Origin: an uncultured Bacilli bacterium | GTDB taxonomy: Bacteria; Bacillota_I; Bacilli_A; RF39; UBA660 | DNA: 62,217 nt | NCBI GenBank assembly: GCA_910586295.1 | Contig: CAJUGE010000090.1 | Span: forward strand, 1 to 62,217 | Direction of reading: 5' to 3' | Part shown: positions 28,587 to 38,730 of the stretch, in pieces | Numbering within the stretch: position 1 is the first letter of the stretch | Layout of the letters: each line of letters begins with the position of its first letter | The notes under the pieces: generated by a model | What the model saw: only the letters and a program-made list of their open reading frames with translations | What the model was told of the DNA's origin: nothing | Databases searched by the model: none | Made by a program: the position numbers and the translations under genes

Positions 28587-31500
28587 ATGGGCAATAAATT
28601 AGAAAGATATTTTGAATTACTTAAATTAGACGAAAATGAGAAAAGTCATTTTGCAGGTGCAACACTAAAAAACGTTGTTGTTGTCCTAGAAGAATCATGT
28701 TGGGAAATATATATAGAACTGCCTACTATGATTGATGTAGAAATATATAAAATAATATGTGAGAAAGTAAAAAATATAGATGTAGAATCATTAAAAAAAG
28801 TAGAATATTTCTTTAAGCATGATAGTTTAGATAAACTTAGTGATTATTTTTTCTATGTATTTAATAAATATCAAGAAGATAGTCCATTACTTCGTAGTAT
28901 TAAAGATGAGAACATTAAGGTAGAAGGTAGTACTATAACTATAGAAGTAGCAAATATAAAAGAACAAGAAAAAGTAGAAGAAAAGAAAGCCAAAATTTTA
29001 AGTTTTATGTCAAATATGGGTTATACAAATATACAGATGAATATTGAAATAAATGAAACTTTAAGTGAAGAAGCAAAAGAACTTATAAAGCCTAAAGAAG
29101 TTCCAGTAGAATTAATAGAAGTAAAAGAAAGCAGTGTTATCTTAGGTAATGAAATTAAAAACAAAAAAATAGATATAAAAAGTATAGTAGCAGAAATGGG
29201 AGATGTAACCCTAGAAGTATTTGTATTTGGAATAGATGTTAAAACAACTGCTTCTGGGCATACAATACTAACCTTTAAAATAAGTGATTATACTGACTCT
29301 ATATTAGCAAAAATATTCGTTAAAGATAAAGAAGAAGATAAACTAAAAACTCTTACTAAAAGAGTTACTGAAGGCTCTTGGTACAAAATGAAAGGCTTTG
29401 TAAAGTTTGACGATTATGTTAAAGATTATGTATTTAATATAAGAGACATAGAAAAATTTGATAGAACTGTTGAATCTAGAGTAGATGATGCAGAAGTGAA
29501 GAGAGTAGAACTTCATTGTCATACTAAAATGAGTCAAATGGATGGTTTGATTGATCCTAAAGGGCTACTTAAAAAAGTTGCTTCTCTAGGACACCGCGCT
29601 ATTGGTATAACAGATAAAAACGGAATACAATGTTTTCCTAAAGTATATAAAGCAATGGGAGATATAAAAGTCTTATTTGGAGTAGAACTTTATGTAGTAG
29701 ATGATGAGATACTTATAGTTAATAAAGAAAGTGACATTCCAATTAGAGGTACTGAGTATGTAGTATTCGATACAGAAACTACTGGATTTAATGCTACTGC
29801 TGGTGACCAAATGATAGAAATAGGTGCTGTAAAAATTAAAGATGGTGTAATTACAGACAGATTTGATGAATTAATAAATCCAGGAGTAAAATTAAGTTCA
29901 AAAATAACAGAATTAACTCATATAACTGATGAAATGCTTGCAGACAAAGACACAGAAGAAAATGTAACTAAAAGATTTAAGAGTTGGATTGGAACTTGTC
30001 CAATGGTCGCACATAATGCACGTTTTGATATATCTTTTATGCAGAACTCTTATAGAAAATATAATTTAGGAGAATTTGAAAATGTAGTAATAGATACTAT
30101 GGAACTATCAAAAGCAGTATCTCCAGATTCAACTAGACATTCTCTAAGTGCACTTACAAAGAAATATAAAGTAGAGTTTGTTGAAGATGCACACCACCGT
30201 GCTGACTATGATGCAGAGGGTACTGCTATTGTGTTTGATAAAATGATAAAAGATTTAAGTACATCTTATCAGACATTAACTGACCTTAGAAATATGATTG
30301 ATAAAGATCAAGCTTATAAAATTAATAGACCTTACCATGTAACAGTATATGCAAAGAATAATGTTGGTCTAAAGAATATGTTCAAAATAATAAGTCTTGC
30401 AACTACAAAATATTTAGTTAAATCTCCTATAACTCCAAAGAGTGTACTTGCAGAATTAAGAGAAGGACTTATTATAGGTTCAGGTTGTGTAAATGGGGAA
30501 ATATTTAAAAATGCAAAAACCAGAAGCGATGATGAACTTATGAGCTCAATGGATTTCTATGACTTTATAGAAGTAAATCCACCAAGTATAATGGACTATC
30601 TTGTAGAAAAAGGAGATTTTACAAACAAATCAGACGTATATTCTACTATAAATAAAATAGTTGCCTGTGCAGATAAAGTAAATAAAATGGTCGTTGCCAC
30701 TGGAGATGTTCACACATTAGATCCTGAAGATAACATCTACCGTGAAATACTTATAAATCAAAAACAACCAGGTGGTGGACTTCATCCACTATGTCACCCT
30801 AGTATTAGAACAATACCTAATGCTTATCTTATGACTACTAAAGAAATGCTTGCAGAGTTTGAATTTCTAGGCGAAGAAAAAGCATATGAAATAGTAGTAA
30901 CTAATTCTAATATTGTGGCAGATATGTTTGAAACAGTTGAAATAGTAAAACCAGGACTTAATCCACCTCGTATGGAAAACTCAGTACAAATAATAAAAGA
31001 TACAGTTTATGGTAATGCTACAAGAATTTATGGAGATGACCTGCCTGAAATAATTGCAACAAGATTAGATAAAGAATTATCAGGAATTATAAATGGTGGA
31101 TATGACGTTATTTACTTAATCGCACAACGTTTAGTAGAAGATTCTAATGCACATGGATACATCGTAGGTTCACGTGGAAGTGTTGGCTCAAGCTTAGTCG
31201 CAACGTTCTGTGGAATAACAGAGGTTAATCCTCTTCCTCCTCATTATGTTTGTCCAAGTTGTAAAAAAAGTATATTCACTGATGAAGAAGGTAAACCACT
31301 TAACTTGCAGTATGGTTCAGGATTTGATATGCCAGAAAGAAATTGTGAATGTGGAGCATTGATGAATAGACAAGGACAAGACATACCATTTGAAACTTTC
31401 TTAGGATTTAATGCAGATAAAACACCAGATATAGACCTTAACCTTGCGAGCGAATATCAGTCGTTTAGTCACGACTATACAAAGGTACTATTCGGAGAAC

Positions 31501-32876
31501 ACAATGTTTATCGTGCAGGTACAGTAGGTACAGTAGCAGAAAAAACAGCATATGGTTATGTTAAAGCCTATGCGGAGGCCAAAAATATAACTATGCGCAA
31601 GCCAGAAATAGAAAGGCTAGCCTCTAAACTTACAGGTGTAAAAAGAACAAGTGGACAGCATCCTGGAGGAATTATTGTTATACCAGACTATAAAGATGTA
31701 TATGATTTCACTCCATTCCAATTTCCAGCAGAAAACCCAGAAGCAGCATGGTACACAACACACTTTGAATTCCATGATATCGAAGAAAATGTACTTAAAC
31801 TTGATATATTAGGACACGATGATCCAACAGTATTAAAGTATCTTAGTGACGATGTGCAAATTAATATAAATGACATACCACTAGATGATCGTGGGGTACT
31901 AAGTCTATTTAATAGTCCAGAGGCACTAGGCGTCAATGAAGATCAAATTAACTGTAAAACTGGAACTTTAGGTGTGCCTGAATTCGGAACAAACTTTGTA
32001 ATAAAAATGCTAGAAGAAATAAGACCAACAAAATTTGCAGACTTAATCAAAATATCAGGACTATCACATGGAACTGACGTTTGGAATGGAAATGCAAGAG
32101 ACTTAATTGTAGATGGAATATGTGAATTTGATAAAGTTATTGGATGTCGTGATGACATAATGATATACTTAATAAAGTGTGGAATAGATAATGGTAAAGC
32201 ATTCAAAATGAGTGAATTTATTCGTAAAGGTAAAGTTGCTAAAGAACCAGATCAATGGTTAGAATTTAAACAAATAATGATGGAACACACAGTTCCAGAA
32301 TGGTATATAAAATCATGTGAAAAAATAAAATACATGTTTCCAAAAGCCCATGCAGCAGCATATGTTATTAACGGTTTTAGAGTTGCTTGGTTTAAATTAT
32401 ACCATCCTCTAAATTACTATAGAGTTTATTTAAGCATACGTGAATCAGACTTTGATATAGAATCTATGGTAAAAGGTAAAGAGGCAGTAAAAAATGCAAT
32501 AGCCAATTTACAAGCTAAAGGCTTTGACAAAAGTCCTAAAGAAGAATCAACACAGTCATCTCTTATGATGTGTAACGAAATGATAGAAAGAGGATTCACT
32601 TTTAGAAATATAAGTATAAAAGAAAGTGACGCTACATTCTTTAAAATCGCAGAAGATGGTAAGTCTCTAATCCCGCCATTTAGTGTATTAGATGGAATGG
32701 GTGAAATTGCCGCTAAAAAAATCGTTGAAGAAAGAAACTCTAGAGAATATGTAAGTATAGAAGATTTACAAATTAGAGGTAAAGTATCTGCCTCACTTAT
32801 AGATAGACTTAGAGGCCTAGGTGCACTAGACGAACTTCCAGAAAGTAGTCAACTAAGTTTAGACTTATTTGGATAA
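28587..32876 (+). CDS. polC: DNA polymerase III alpha subunit, PolC type
   Basis: 1429 aa. PHP domain (VELHCHTKMS) interrupted by a DEDD exonuclease (VVFDTETTG; HNARFDISF; HRADYDA), a Zn-finger CPSC...CEC and a polymerase core. Confidence 0.95.
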   Translation: MGNKLERYFELLKLDENEKSHFAGATLKNVVVVLEESCWEIYIELPTMIDVEIYKIICEKVKNIDVESLKKVEYFFKHDSLDKLSDYFFYVFNKYQEDSPLLRSIKDENIKVEGSTITIEVANIKEQEKVEEKKAKILSFMSNMGYTNIQMNIEINETLSEEAKELIKPKEVPVELIEVKESSVILGNEIKNKKIDIKSIVAEMGDVTLEVFVFGIDVKTTASGHTILTFKISDYTDSILAKIFVKDKEEDKLKTLTKRVTEGSWYKMKGFVKFDDYVKDYVFNIRDIEKFDRTVESRVDDAEVKRVELHCHTKMSQMDGLIDPKGLLKKVASLGHRAIGITDKNGIQCFPKVYKAMGDIKVLFGVELYVVDDEILIVNKESDIPIRGTEYVVFDTETTGFNATAGDQMIEIGAVKIKDGVITDRFDELINPGVKLSSKITELTHITDEMLADKDTEENVTKRFKSWIGTCPMVAHNARFDISFMQNSYRKYNLGEFENVVIDTMELSKAVSPDSTRHSLSALTKKYKVEFVEDAHHRADYDAEGTAIVFDKMIKDLSTSYQTLTDLRNMIDKDQAYKINRPYHVTVYAKNNVGLKNMFKIISLATTKYLVKSPITPKSVLAELREGLIIGSGCVNGEIFKNAKTRSDDELMSSMDFYDFIEVNPPSIMDYLVEKGDFTNKSDVYSTINKIVACADKVNKMVVATGDVHTLDPEDNIYREILINQKQPGGGLHPLCHPSIRTIPNAYLMTTKEMLAEFEFLGEEKAYEIVVTNSNIVADMFETVEIVKPGLNPPRMENSVQIIKDTVYGNATRIYGDDLPEIIATRLDKELSGIINGGYDVIYLIAQRLVEDSNAHGYIVGSRGSVGSSLVATFCGITEVNPLPPHYVCPSCKKSIFTDEEGKPLNLQYGSGFDMPERNCECGALMNRQGQDIPFETFLGFNADKTPDIDLNLASEYQSFSHDYTKVLFGEHNVYRAGTVGTVAEKTAYGYVKAYAEAKNITMRKPEIERLASKLTGVKRTSGQHPGGIIVIPDYKDVYDFTPFQFPAENPEAAWYTTHFEFHDIEENVLKLDILGHDDPTVLKYLSDDVQININDIPLDDRGVLSLFNSPEALGVNEDQINCKTGTLGVPEFGTNFVIKMLEEIRPTKFADLIKISGLSHGTDVWNGNARDLIVDGICEFDKVIGCRDDIMIYLIKCGIDNGKAFKMSEFIRKGKVAKEPDQWLEFKQIMMEHTVPEWYIKSCEKIKYMFPKAHAAAYVINGFRVAWFKLYHPLNYYRVYLSIRESDFDIESMVKGKEAVKNAIANLQAKGFDKSPKEESTQSSLMMCNEMIERGFTFRNISIKESDATFFKIAEDGKSLIPPFSVLDGMGEIAAKKIVEERNSREYVSIEDLQIRGKVSASLIDRLRGLGALDELPESSQLSLDLFG

Positions 32877-32888
32877 AGTAGGTGAGTA

Positions 32889-33353
32889 GTGAAAAAACAT
32901 ATTAAAAGAATTAACATAGTACTACTAATATTATATATAGCATTTCTATTATATCTGACATTATTTAAAAACTTTTTAGGAAGAGAAGAAGGTATATATG
33001 CTATGAACTTAGTACCATTCAGAAATATTTATGGAATAACTCTAGGATGGATAAAAGGTTCACTAACATTTAGGTTTTTTATAAGAAACATTTTTGGCAA
33101 CATCTTAGCCTTCGCACCATTCGCATACTTTTTTATCACTATATTTAATTTAAAAGATATAAAAAAATTTATATTTCTAACATCGGGAATAATTGTAATA
33201 ATAGAATCATCTCAATATTTAATGCAAATAGGTGTATATGATATTGATGACATAATTTTGAATTTAAATGGTTCTATAATAGCGTTTTTAATAATAAGTA
33301 AATCTAAATTAATAAGAAAACTCATTAATATTGGTAACTATTCAGACTTATAG
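32889..33353 (+). CDS. VanZ-like family membrane protein; the last 9 codons are supplied by the IS terminal repeat
   Basis: Four TM segments and an NL(V/I)PF-type motif (MNLVPFRNI), typical of VanZ-like proteins. Codons from 33327 onward lie inside the IS66 inverted repeat. Confidence 0.65.
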   Translation: MKKHIKRINIVLLILYIAFLLYLTLFKNFLGREEGIYAMNLVPFRNIYGITLGWIKGSLTFRFFIRNIFGNILAFAPFAYFFITIFNLKDIKKFIFLTSGIIVIIESSQYLMQIGVYDIDDIILNLNGSIIAFLIISKSKLIRKLINIGNYSDL

Positions 33354-35075
33354 ACACTAAAAAGTTAGAACAGGCTACTGTTCTCTTTTAGTTTATAAAT
33401 AAAACTTCATTATTAAATATTCTCCTAATACTTTCATATGGATTTATATTTCTTTTTATTGATGTCTTTATTATTGATAATGTATTAACAAAATATTCTG
33501 CTGACTTCATACTTCTAAAACCTCCTGATATTTTTGTCTTATTTTTAAATATCCTTAAATCAAGTTCACTTAAATTATCATCAAATGGCACATGAAAGTC
33601 TTCTATAAAGTATAAATGATTTTCCTTGTATTTCTTTAATCGATTGTATAATGATTTTGCCTTTTTCTTATAGTATGATGATTTTATTTGTTTATTTTCT
33701 TCTATAGCTAATTCTAATATTTCATCATATTCTTTTTTATATTCTTCTATTTTTTCATTATCAAACTTTTCTAATTTATACTCTATAGCAATTTTTCTTG
33801 TGTTATTCATTCTAAATATTAAATCATACATTAAAAGTGGCCATTTTATATCTGGTATATTTTCCATTAATTCCATTAAATATCTTCCTAAATGTATGTT
33901 ACATTCATAATTTTTTGTTCCGTAACTATATAATGTTGTATCGTGATCTCCCATTATTCCACCTAAAAACCTTGGAAGTATATTATCTTCTATTACTGGT
34001 TTATGTCCTTTATTTTTATGTGCTTTATATATTACCATATCTTCTGTACTATAGTTTCTTATAAATATATTCTTTCCATTAAACTTTGTTTCAGTTTCAT
34101 CTGTATAACCTTTTGTTCCATTTAAAAATTCTGTTTCTAACACTTCTAAAGTTCTCTCACTTTTCATTCCAAATTCATATAAAAAATTTACTAATGTTCC
34201 ATTTGATATATTTATTACATCATTCGTAATTACTTTAAAGAAGTCATTTAATCTATCATAGGCTATTACATTATAACAGTCTAAATGTATTGCAATACTT
34301 TTTATACTATTTCCATATGTAACATCTGTATAAAACTCTTTGGGTAGTTTGTTATTTGATTTTTTTGAATGTCTAAAAATATGCTTTTCTATAACTGGAG
34401 TTACTTGAAGTTCTATTCTATATTTAATTATATCTTCTTTTTGTTCATCCCCATTAATAGTATGATATACATTAACTACTTTTGCTTTATTTTCATCAAT
34501 TAATTTTTCTATATCTTTTTTACTTAAATTATTTCCTTTATGACCAAATTGTCCACCAATTTTTTGATTGCTTTTAACTCTATAATTATATTGGTTTGCT
34601 CCTGTTTTCTTTTTAGGTGTAGTATAATTAGTTGAAGATGGCTTACTAGAGTTATTACTATTTTTATTATTTTGATTTTTTAGTTTTTCATTTTCTTCAA
34701 TTAACTTTTTATTTTGTTCTTCTAATTTATTAATAGTTTGTTGTAATGATTTAACAGTTGTGTTAAGTTCATATATTGTTAAGTATTGATTTTTATTTTC
34801 TATTATCATCTTATCAAGTTTTTTATTTAAGTCTTCTAGTTGTTTATATAAACCTGTTTCATAGTTTCTCATTCCAGCCATTATTACACCTTCTTTATTG
34901 TTAGCATTTTCTCACATTTTTATAATAAATCAAGTGTTTTGTTTAAACTTTTTTTTAAATTTTATACTTTTTAATAGTTATTCACTTTTTGACCTTATTT
35001 ATTAACATTAAAAAAGTAAGATTTTTAATTTTTTTCTCACTTTCTTACTTTTAAGTCTGAATAGTTACTAATATT
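33327..35075 (-). mobile_element. IS66-family insertion sequence (single-ORF type), about 1.75 kb
   Basis: 24-nt terminal inverted repeats with 23/24 match: aatattggtaactattcagactta (33327-33350) and taagtctgaatagttactaatatt (35052-35075). They flank the transposase gene. No clear target-site duplication was seen. Confidence 0.7.
33388..34881 (-). CDS. IS66-family transposase
   Basis: N-terminal leucine-zipper/coiled coil, GGQFGHKG motif (compare IS66 GGQxGHxG), and the C-terminal block FDDNLSELDLRIFKNKTKISGGFRS (compare the IS66 TNNxAERxxR...K.SGGxRS pattern). Confidence 0.8.
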   Translation of the reverse strand: MAGMRNYETGLYKQLEDLNKKLDKMIIENKNQYLTIYELNTTVKSLQQTINKLEEQNKKLIEENEKLKNQNNKNSNNSSKPSSTNYTTPKKKTGANQYNYRVKSNQKIGGQFGHKGNNLSKKDIEKLIDENKAKVVNVYHTINGDEQKEDIIKYRIELQVTPVIEKHIFRHSKKSNNKLPKEFYTDVTYGNSIKSIAIHLDCYNVIAYDRLNDFFKVITNDVINISNGTLVNFLYEFGMKSERTLEVLETEFLNGTKGYTDETETKFNGKNIFIRNYSTEDMVIYKAHKNKGHKPVIEDNILPRFLGGIMGDHDTTLYSYGTKNYECNIHLGRYLMELMENIPDIKWPLLMYDLIFRMNNTRKIAIEYKLEKFDNEKIEEYKKEYDEILELAIEENKQIKSSYYKKKAKSLYNRLKKYKENHLYFIEDFHVPFDDNLSELDLRIFKNKTKISGGFRSMKSAEYFVNTLSIIKTSIKRNINPYESIRRIFNNEVLFIN

Positions 35076-35097
35076 GTAAAATAAGTTACGGAAATTA

Positions 35098-35126
35098 TTG
35101 ACATCTGTATTAAATTATGGTACAAT
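35098..35126 (+). promoter_or_regulatory. Sigma-A promoter (extended -10)
   Basis: TTGACA (35098-35103), 17-nt spacer, TGgTACAAT. Confidence 0.6.
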
Positions 35127-35150
35127 AATAAATCGTTAAAGGAGGATAGC

Positions 35151-35834
35151 ATGAAAGATAATTACTTTAAATTTAATTTATATGGTAACACATGGGGAGA
35201 ATTTGCACAAACAGGAGAGTATATATTTCAAAATTCTAATAAGAAAATTACAAAGAATAGTTGTTTACCATTCCTAGTATTTCATTTTGTTGTTGATTAT
35301 AATTTATCAGATTTAGAGTTGTTTTTTAAACTAGCAGGATTTATTTCTTTTACAGAAGAAGAACTTCCAAGAAATATAGTTGTGCCAGAAAATATTAACT
35401 TAGCAAATAAAAGAAATTTTCATAACGGATTACTTGGTGGTTTTAAAGATAAAGAAAGTGCTGAAAAATTTATTGAATCAGAATTAGGAAAAGGAACAAT
35501 ATCTAAATTTAAGGAAATAAAGAGAAAACAATTAGAGCTCACAGAAGAAAGTCAAAGACTACAAGATTATAAGGAAAAGGTGTATCAAGTTTTTAATCTT
35601 TGTGAAAAGTGTAATTTGGATGGCCCATTATGGATGAAAGCTTTTGAAATTTACCTAGAAGGAAAAGGTTTAGGAGTTACTGGTCAATTATTAGGACGCC
35701 ACTTATTACTTCAAGCTGAAGAATATACTTTATCAACTTGTCGAACTGATGAAGCAGAAGCTTTAATAAGAGAATTGTGCAAAACAATTAAGTCTGACTT
35801 AGGCTTAGAAGAACCAACAAAGAAAAAAGAATAG
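35151..35834 (+). CDS. Hypothetical protein
   Basis: 227-aa ORF with a strong SD (aaaggagga). No family recognised. Confidence 0.5.
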   Translation: MKDNYFKFNLYGNTWGEFAQTGEYIFQNSNKKITKNSCLPFLVFHFVVDYNLSDLELFFKLAGFISFTEEELPRNIVVPENINLANKRNFHNGLLGGFKDKESAEKFIESELGKGTISKFKEIKRKQLELTEESQRLQDYKEKVYQVFNLCEKCNLDGPLWMKAFEIYLEGKGLGVTGQLLGRHLLLQAEEYTLSTCRTDEAEALIRELCKTIKSDLGLEEPTKKKE

Positions 35835-35847
35835 ATTTTATAAGTAG

Positions 35848-35878
35848 ACTACTAATGAGAAATATTAGTAGTTTTTCT
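35848..35878 (+). terminator. Rho-independent terminator
   Basis: ctactaat / attagtag stem followed by TTTTT. Confidence 0.65.
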
Positions 35879-35952
35879 TTTATCCAAACAAATAAAAACT
35901 TTATAAAAATATTCACTTATGTTATACTTGATTCAAGGTAAAGGTGATTGTT

Positions 35953-38631
35953 ATGAAAAAACGTGCAATATTAATAGATGGAAACAACTTATTATTTAGA
36001 AGTTATTTTGCAACTGCATACAGTGGAAACTTAATGAAAAACTCTAAAGGTTTTCCAACCAATGCATTATTTGGATTTGTAAACATGATAAATAAAATAA
36101 TAACAGAAGAACAACCAGAATATGTTATGGTGGCATTTGATAAAGGAAAAAGTTTTAGACATAAAGAATATGCGGAGTATAAAGCAGGAAGAAGCGAAAC
36201 TCCAAACGACTTATTAGTACAGTTTCCACGTGCTTATGAAATACTTGATGCAATGGGGCTTCCAACAATAAGTATAGATAACTATGAAGCAGACGATATA
36301 ATCGGAACATTTGCTAGAATGGCTGATGAAGACGAATGTTATAATGCTACTATTGTGAGCAGCGATAAAGACTTACTCCAACTTATAAGCAAAGAAGTAG
36401 ACGTAAAACTCTTAAAACAAAAAGATTATATTATAATGAATGAAGAAACATTTAGAGAAACTTATGGTATTGAACCAATAAGAATAATAGATTTAAAATC
36501 TCTAATGGGTGATGCAAGTGATAATATTCCAGGAGTTAAAGGAATAGGTGAGAAAACCGCACTTACTTTGTTAAAAGAATATGGGACACTGGAAAGCATA
36601 TACGAGAATATTGAAACAATAAAAGGTAAGCTAAAAGAAAAACTAGAAACGGACAAAGATAATGCTTTTTATTCAAAATACTTAGCAACAATCTATAAAG
36701 AAGTGCCACTTAATATGACTTTTGAAAACATAAAAATAAGAGAAAAAGATGACAAAAAATTACTTAGTATTTATGAAGACTTAGAATTTTTCTCATTAAT
36801 AAAGAAAGAAAAACAGAAAGAAAATATTGGTGAAGACCAACTATCTTTATTTGATACAGAAACAAAGACTCAACAAGAAGATACAATTGATGTGCTCGAT
36901 ATAGAAGAAACTACAAATGTATTATATCCAGAAAACATAGATTATGATGTTATAGATGGAGAATTTGACTTAGATAGTGACTTTGCATTTTATTTAGAAA
37001 TGGATAAAGAAAACTATCATTTTGCTAACATTTTAGGTATGTCAATTTATGATGGAAATAAAATTTATTTTTTAACAAAAAGAGGGATTCTAGAAAATAA
37101 AGACATATTCACTCATGCTACTTCAACCTATGACTTGAAAAAAGCAATTGTAGTACTTAATAGTCTTGGAATAAAACTCCCTAATTGCACTTACGATACA
37201 ATGATTGCCTCTTACTTATTAAATGATAATGTGAAAGAAGATATAAGTTATATTGCTAAAACCAAAGGATACAGTGTAGAATTCTATGATATCTTAGTAA
37301 AAAAAGAACAAATAGTAGACGAGGACATATTTAGAAAAAATTTAAGTTTAAAAAGTAAATTTATTTATGAAACTAAAGAAACTTATATTAATGAATTAAA
37401 GAATGAAGAAATGTTAGAATTATTCAATAACATTGAAATGCCTTTAATAAATGTACTAGCAAAAATGGAAATAGAAGGAATAAGAGTAAATCCTAATATA
37501 ATAGATGAAATGAGAGAAGAACTAGAAGCAAAATTAGATGTAATTAAGAATGCAATTTACGATTTAACTGGTGAAGAATTTAATATATCAAGTCCAAAAC
37601 AATTAGGAGAAGTATTATTTGAAAAACTTGACCTTCCACACGGCAAGAAAAAAGGTAGAAACGGTTACAAAACAGATCATGATACATTAGTAAAACTAAT
37701 AGATAAACACCCAGTAATAGCGGTCATTTTAAAACACAGAAGTCTTAATAAACTACTAAATTCCTATATGAATAGCATTAATGATTTTATAAAAGAAGAC
37801 GGAAAAATACACCCAATATTTAAACAAGCAATTACTAGAACAGGAAGACTTTCTTGTACAGAACCAAACTTACAAAATATACCAATTAGAAGTGAAGAAG
37901 GCAAGCAAATTAGAAAAGCATTTCTTCCAGAAGAAGGTCATATAATAATGTCTAGTGACTATAGTCAAATAGAACTTCGTTTACTAGCGCATATCTCAAA
38001 ATGTGATTCACTTATAAATGCTTTCAATCATCATGAAGACTTACATACAAAAGTTGCAAGCGATATTTATGAAATACCAATTGAAGAAGTAACAAAGGAT
38101 GAAAGAAGAACAGCAAAAGCCGTAATATTTGGAATTGTATATGGAATAAGTGGTTTTGGACTAGGCGAAAACTTAGATATCAATGTTAGTGATGCCAAAA
38201 AATTCATTGATAAATATTTGAATATGTATCCTGGTGTAAAAAACTATATGGAAAAAATAGTTGAATCCGCTAAAGAAAAAGGATATGTTAGAACAATAAT
38301 GAATAGAAAAAGAGAAATAGAAGAACTTAAAAATCCAAATCACATGATTAAAAAGGCTGGAGAAAGAATGGCACTTAATACACCAATACAAGGCTCAAGT
38401 GCGGATATAATCAAAAAAGCAATGATAGAAGTAGACAAAGAAATAACTTCTAGAAATTTGAATAGTAAATTGATAATTCAAGTTCATGATGAATTAGTAT
38501 TGACTGTTCCAATAGAAGAAAAAGAAATTATGGAATCTCTTGTAAGAGAGGTAATGGAAAATACTTTCAATCTACTTGTGCCATTAAAAGTGGAAGTAGA
38601 TAGTGGAAATAATTGGTATGATGCTAAATAG
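35953..38631 (+). CDS. polA: DNA polymerase I
   Basis: 5'-nuclease domain (ILIDGNNLLFRSYFA; GDASDNIPGVKGIGEKTA). Pol A motifs A (SDYSQIELR), B (RRTAKAVIFGIVYG) and C (QVHDEL). Confidence 0.93.
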   Translation: MKKRAILIDGNNLLFRSYFATAYSGNLMKNSKGFPTNALFGFVNMINKIITEEQPEYVMVAFDKGKSFRHKEYAEYKAGRSETPNDLLVQFPRAYEILDAMGLPTISIDNYEADDIIGTFARMADEDECYNATIVSSDKDLLQLISKEVDVKLLKQKDYIIMNEETFRETYGIEPIRIIDLKSLMGDASDNIPGVKGIGEKTALTLLKEYGTLESIYENIETIKGKLKEKLETDKDNAFYSKYLATIYKEVPLNMTFENIKIREKDDKKLLSIYEDLEFFSLIKKEKQKENIGEDQLSLFDTETKTQQEDTIDVLDIEETTNVLYPENIDYDVIDGEFDLDSDFAFYLEMDKENYHFANILGMSIYDGNKIYFLTKRGILENKDIFTHATSTYDLKKAIVVLNSLGIKLPNCTYDTMIASYLLNDNVKEDISYIAKTKGYSVEFYDILVKKEQIVDEDIFRKNLSLKSKFIYETKETYINELKNEEMLELFNNIEMPLINVLAKMEIEGIRVNPNIIDEMREELEAKLDVIKNAIYDLTGEEFNISSPKQLGEVLFEKLDLPHGKKKGRNGYKTDHDTLVKLIDKHPVIAVILKHRSLNKLLNSYMNSINDFIKEDGKIHPIFKQAITRTGRLSCTEPNLQNIPIRSEEGKQIRKAFLPEEGHIIMSSDYSQIELRLLAHISKCDSLINAFNHHEDLHTKVASDIYEIPIEEVTKDERRTAKAVIFGIVYGISGFGLGENLDINVSDAKKFIDKYLNMYPGVKNYMEKIVESAKEKGYVRTIMNRKREIEELKNPNHMIKKAGERMALNTPIQGSSADIIKKAMIEVDKEITSRNLNSKLIIQVHDELVLTVPIEEKEIMESLVREVMENTFNLLVPLKVEVDSGNNWYDAK

Positions 38632-38642
38632 GAAAAGATTTA

Positions 38643-38670
38643 AAGTAAGACGAAACGCTTACTTTTTTCT
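38643..38670 (+). terminator. Rho-independent terminator after polA
   Basis: aagtaag / cttactt stem followed by TTTTT. Confidence 0.6.
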
Positions 38671-38730
38671 TTACAAAATAATTGCTTATGGTATAATATG
38701 ATACAAAATCAAATTATAAAAGGAGAAAAA

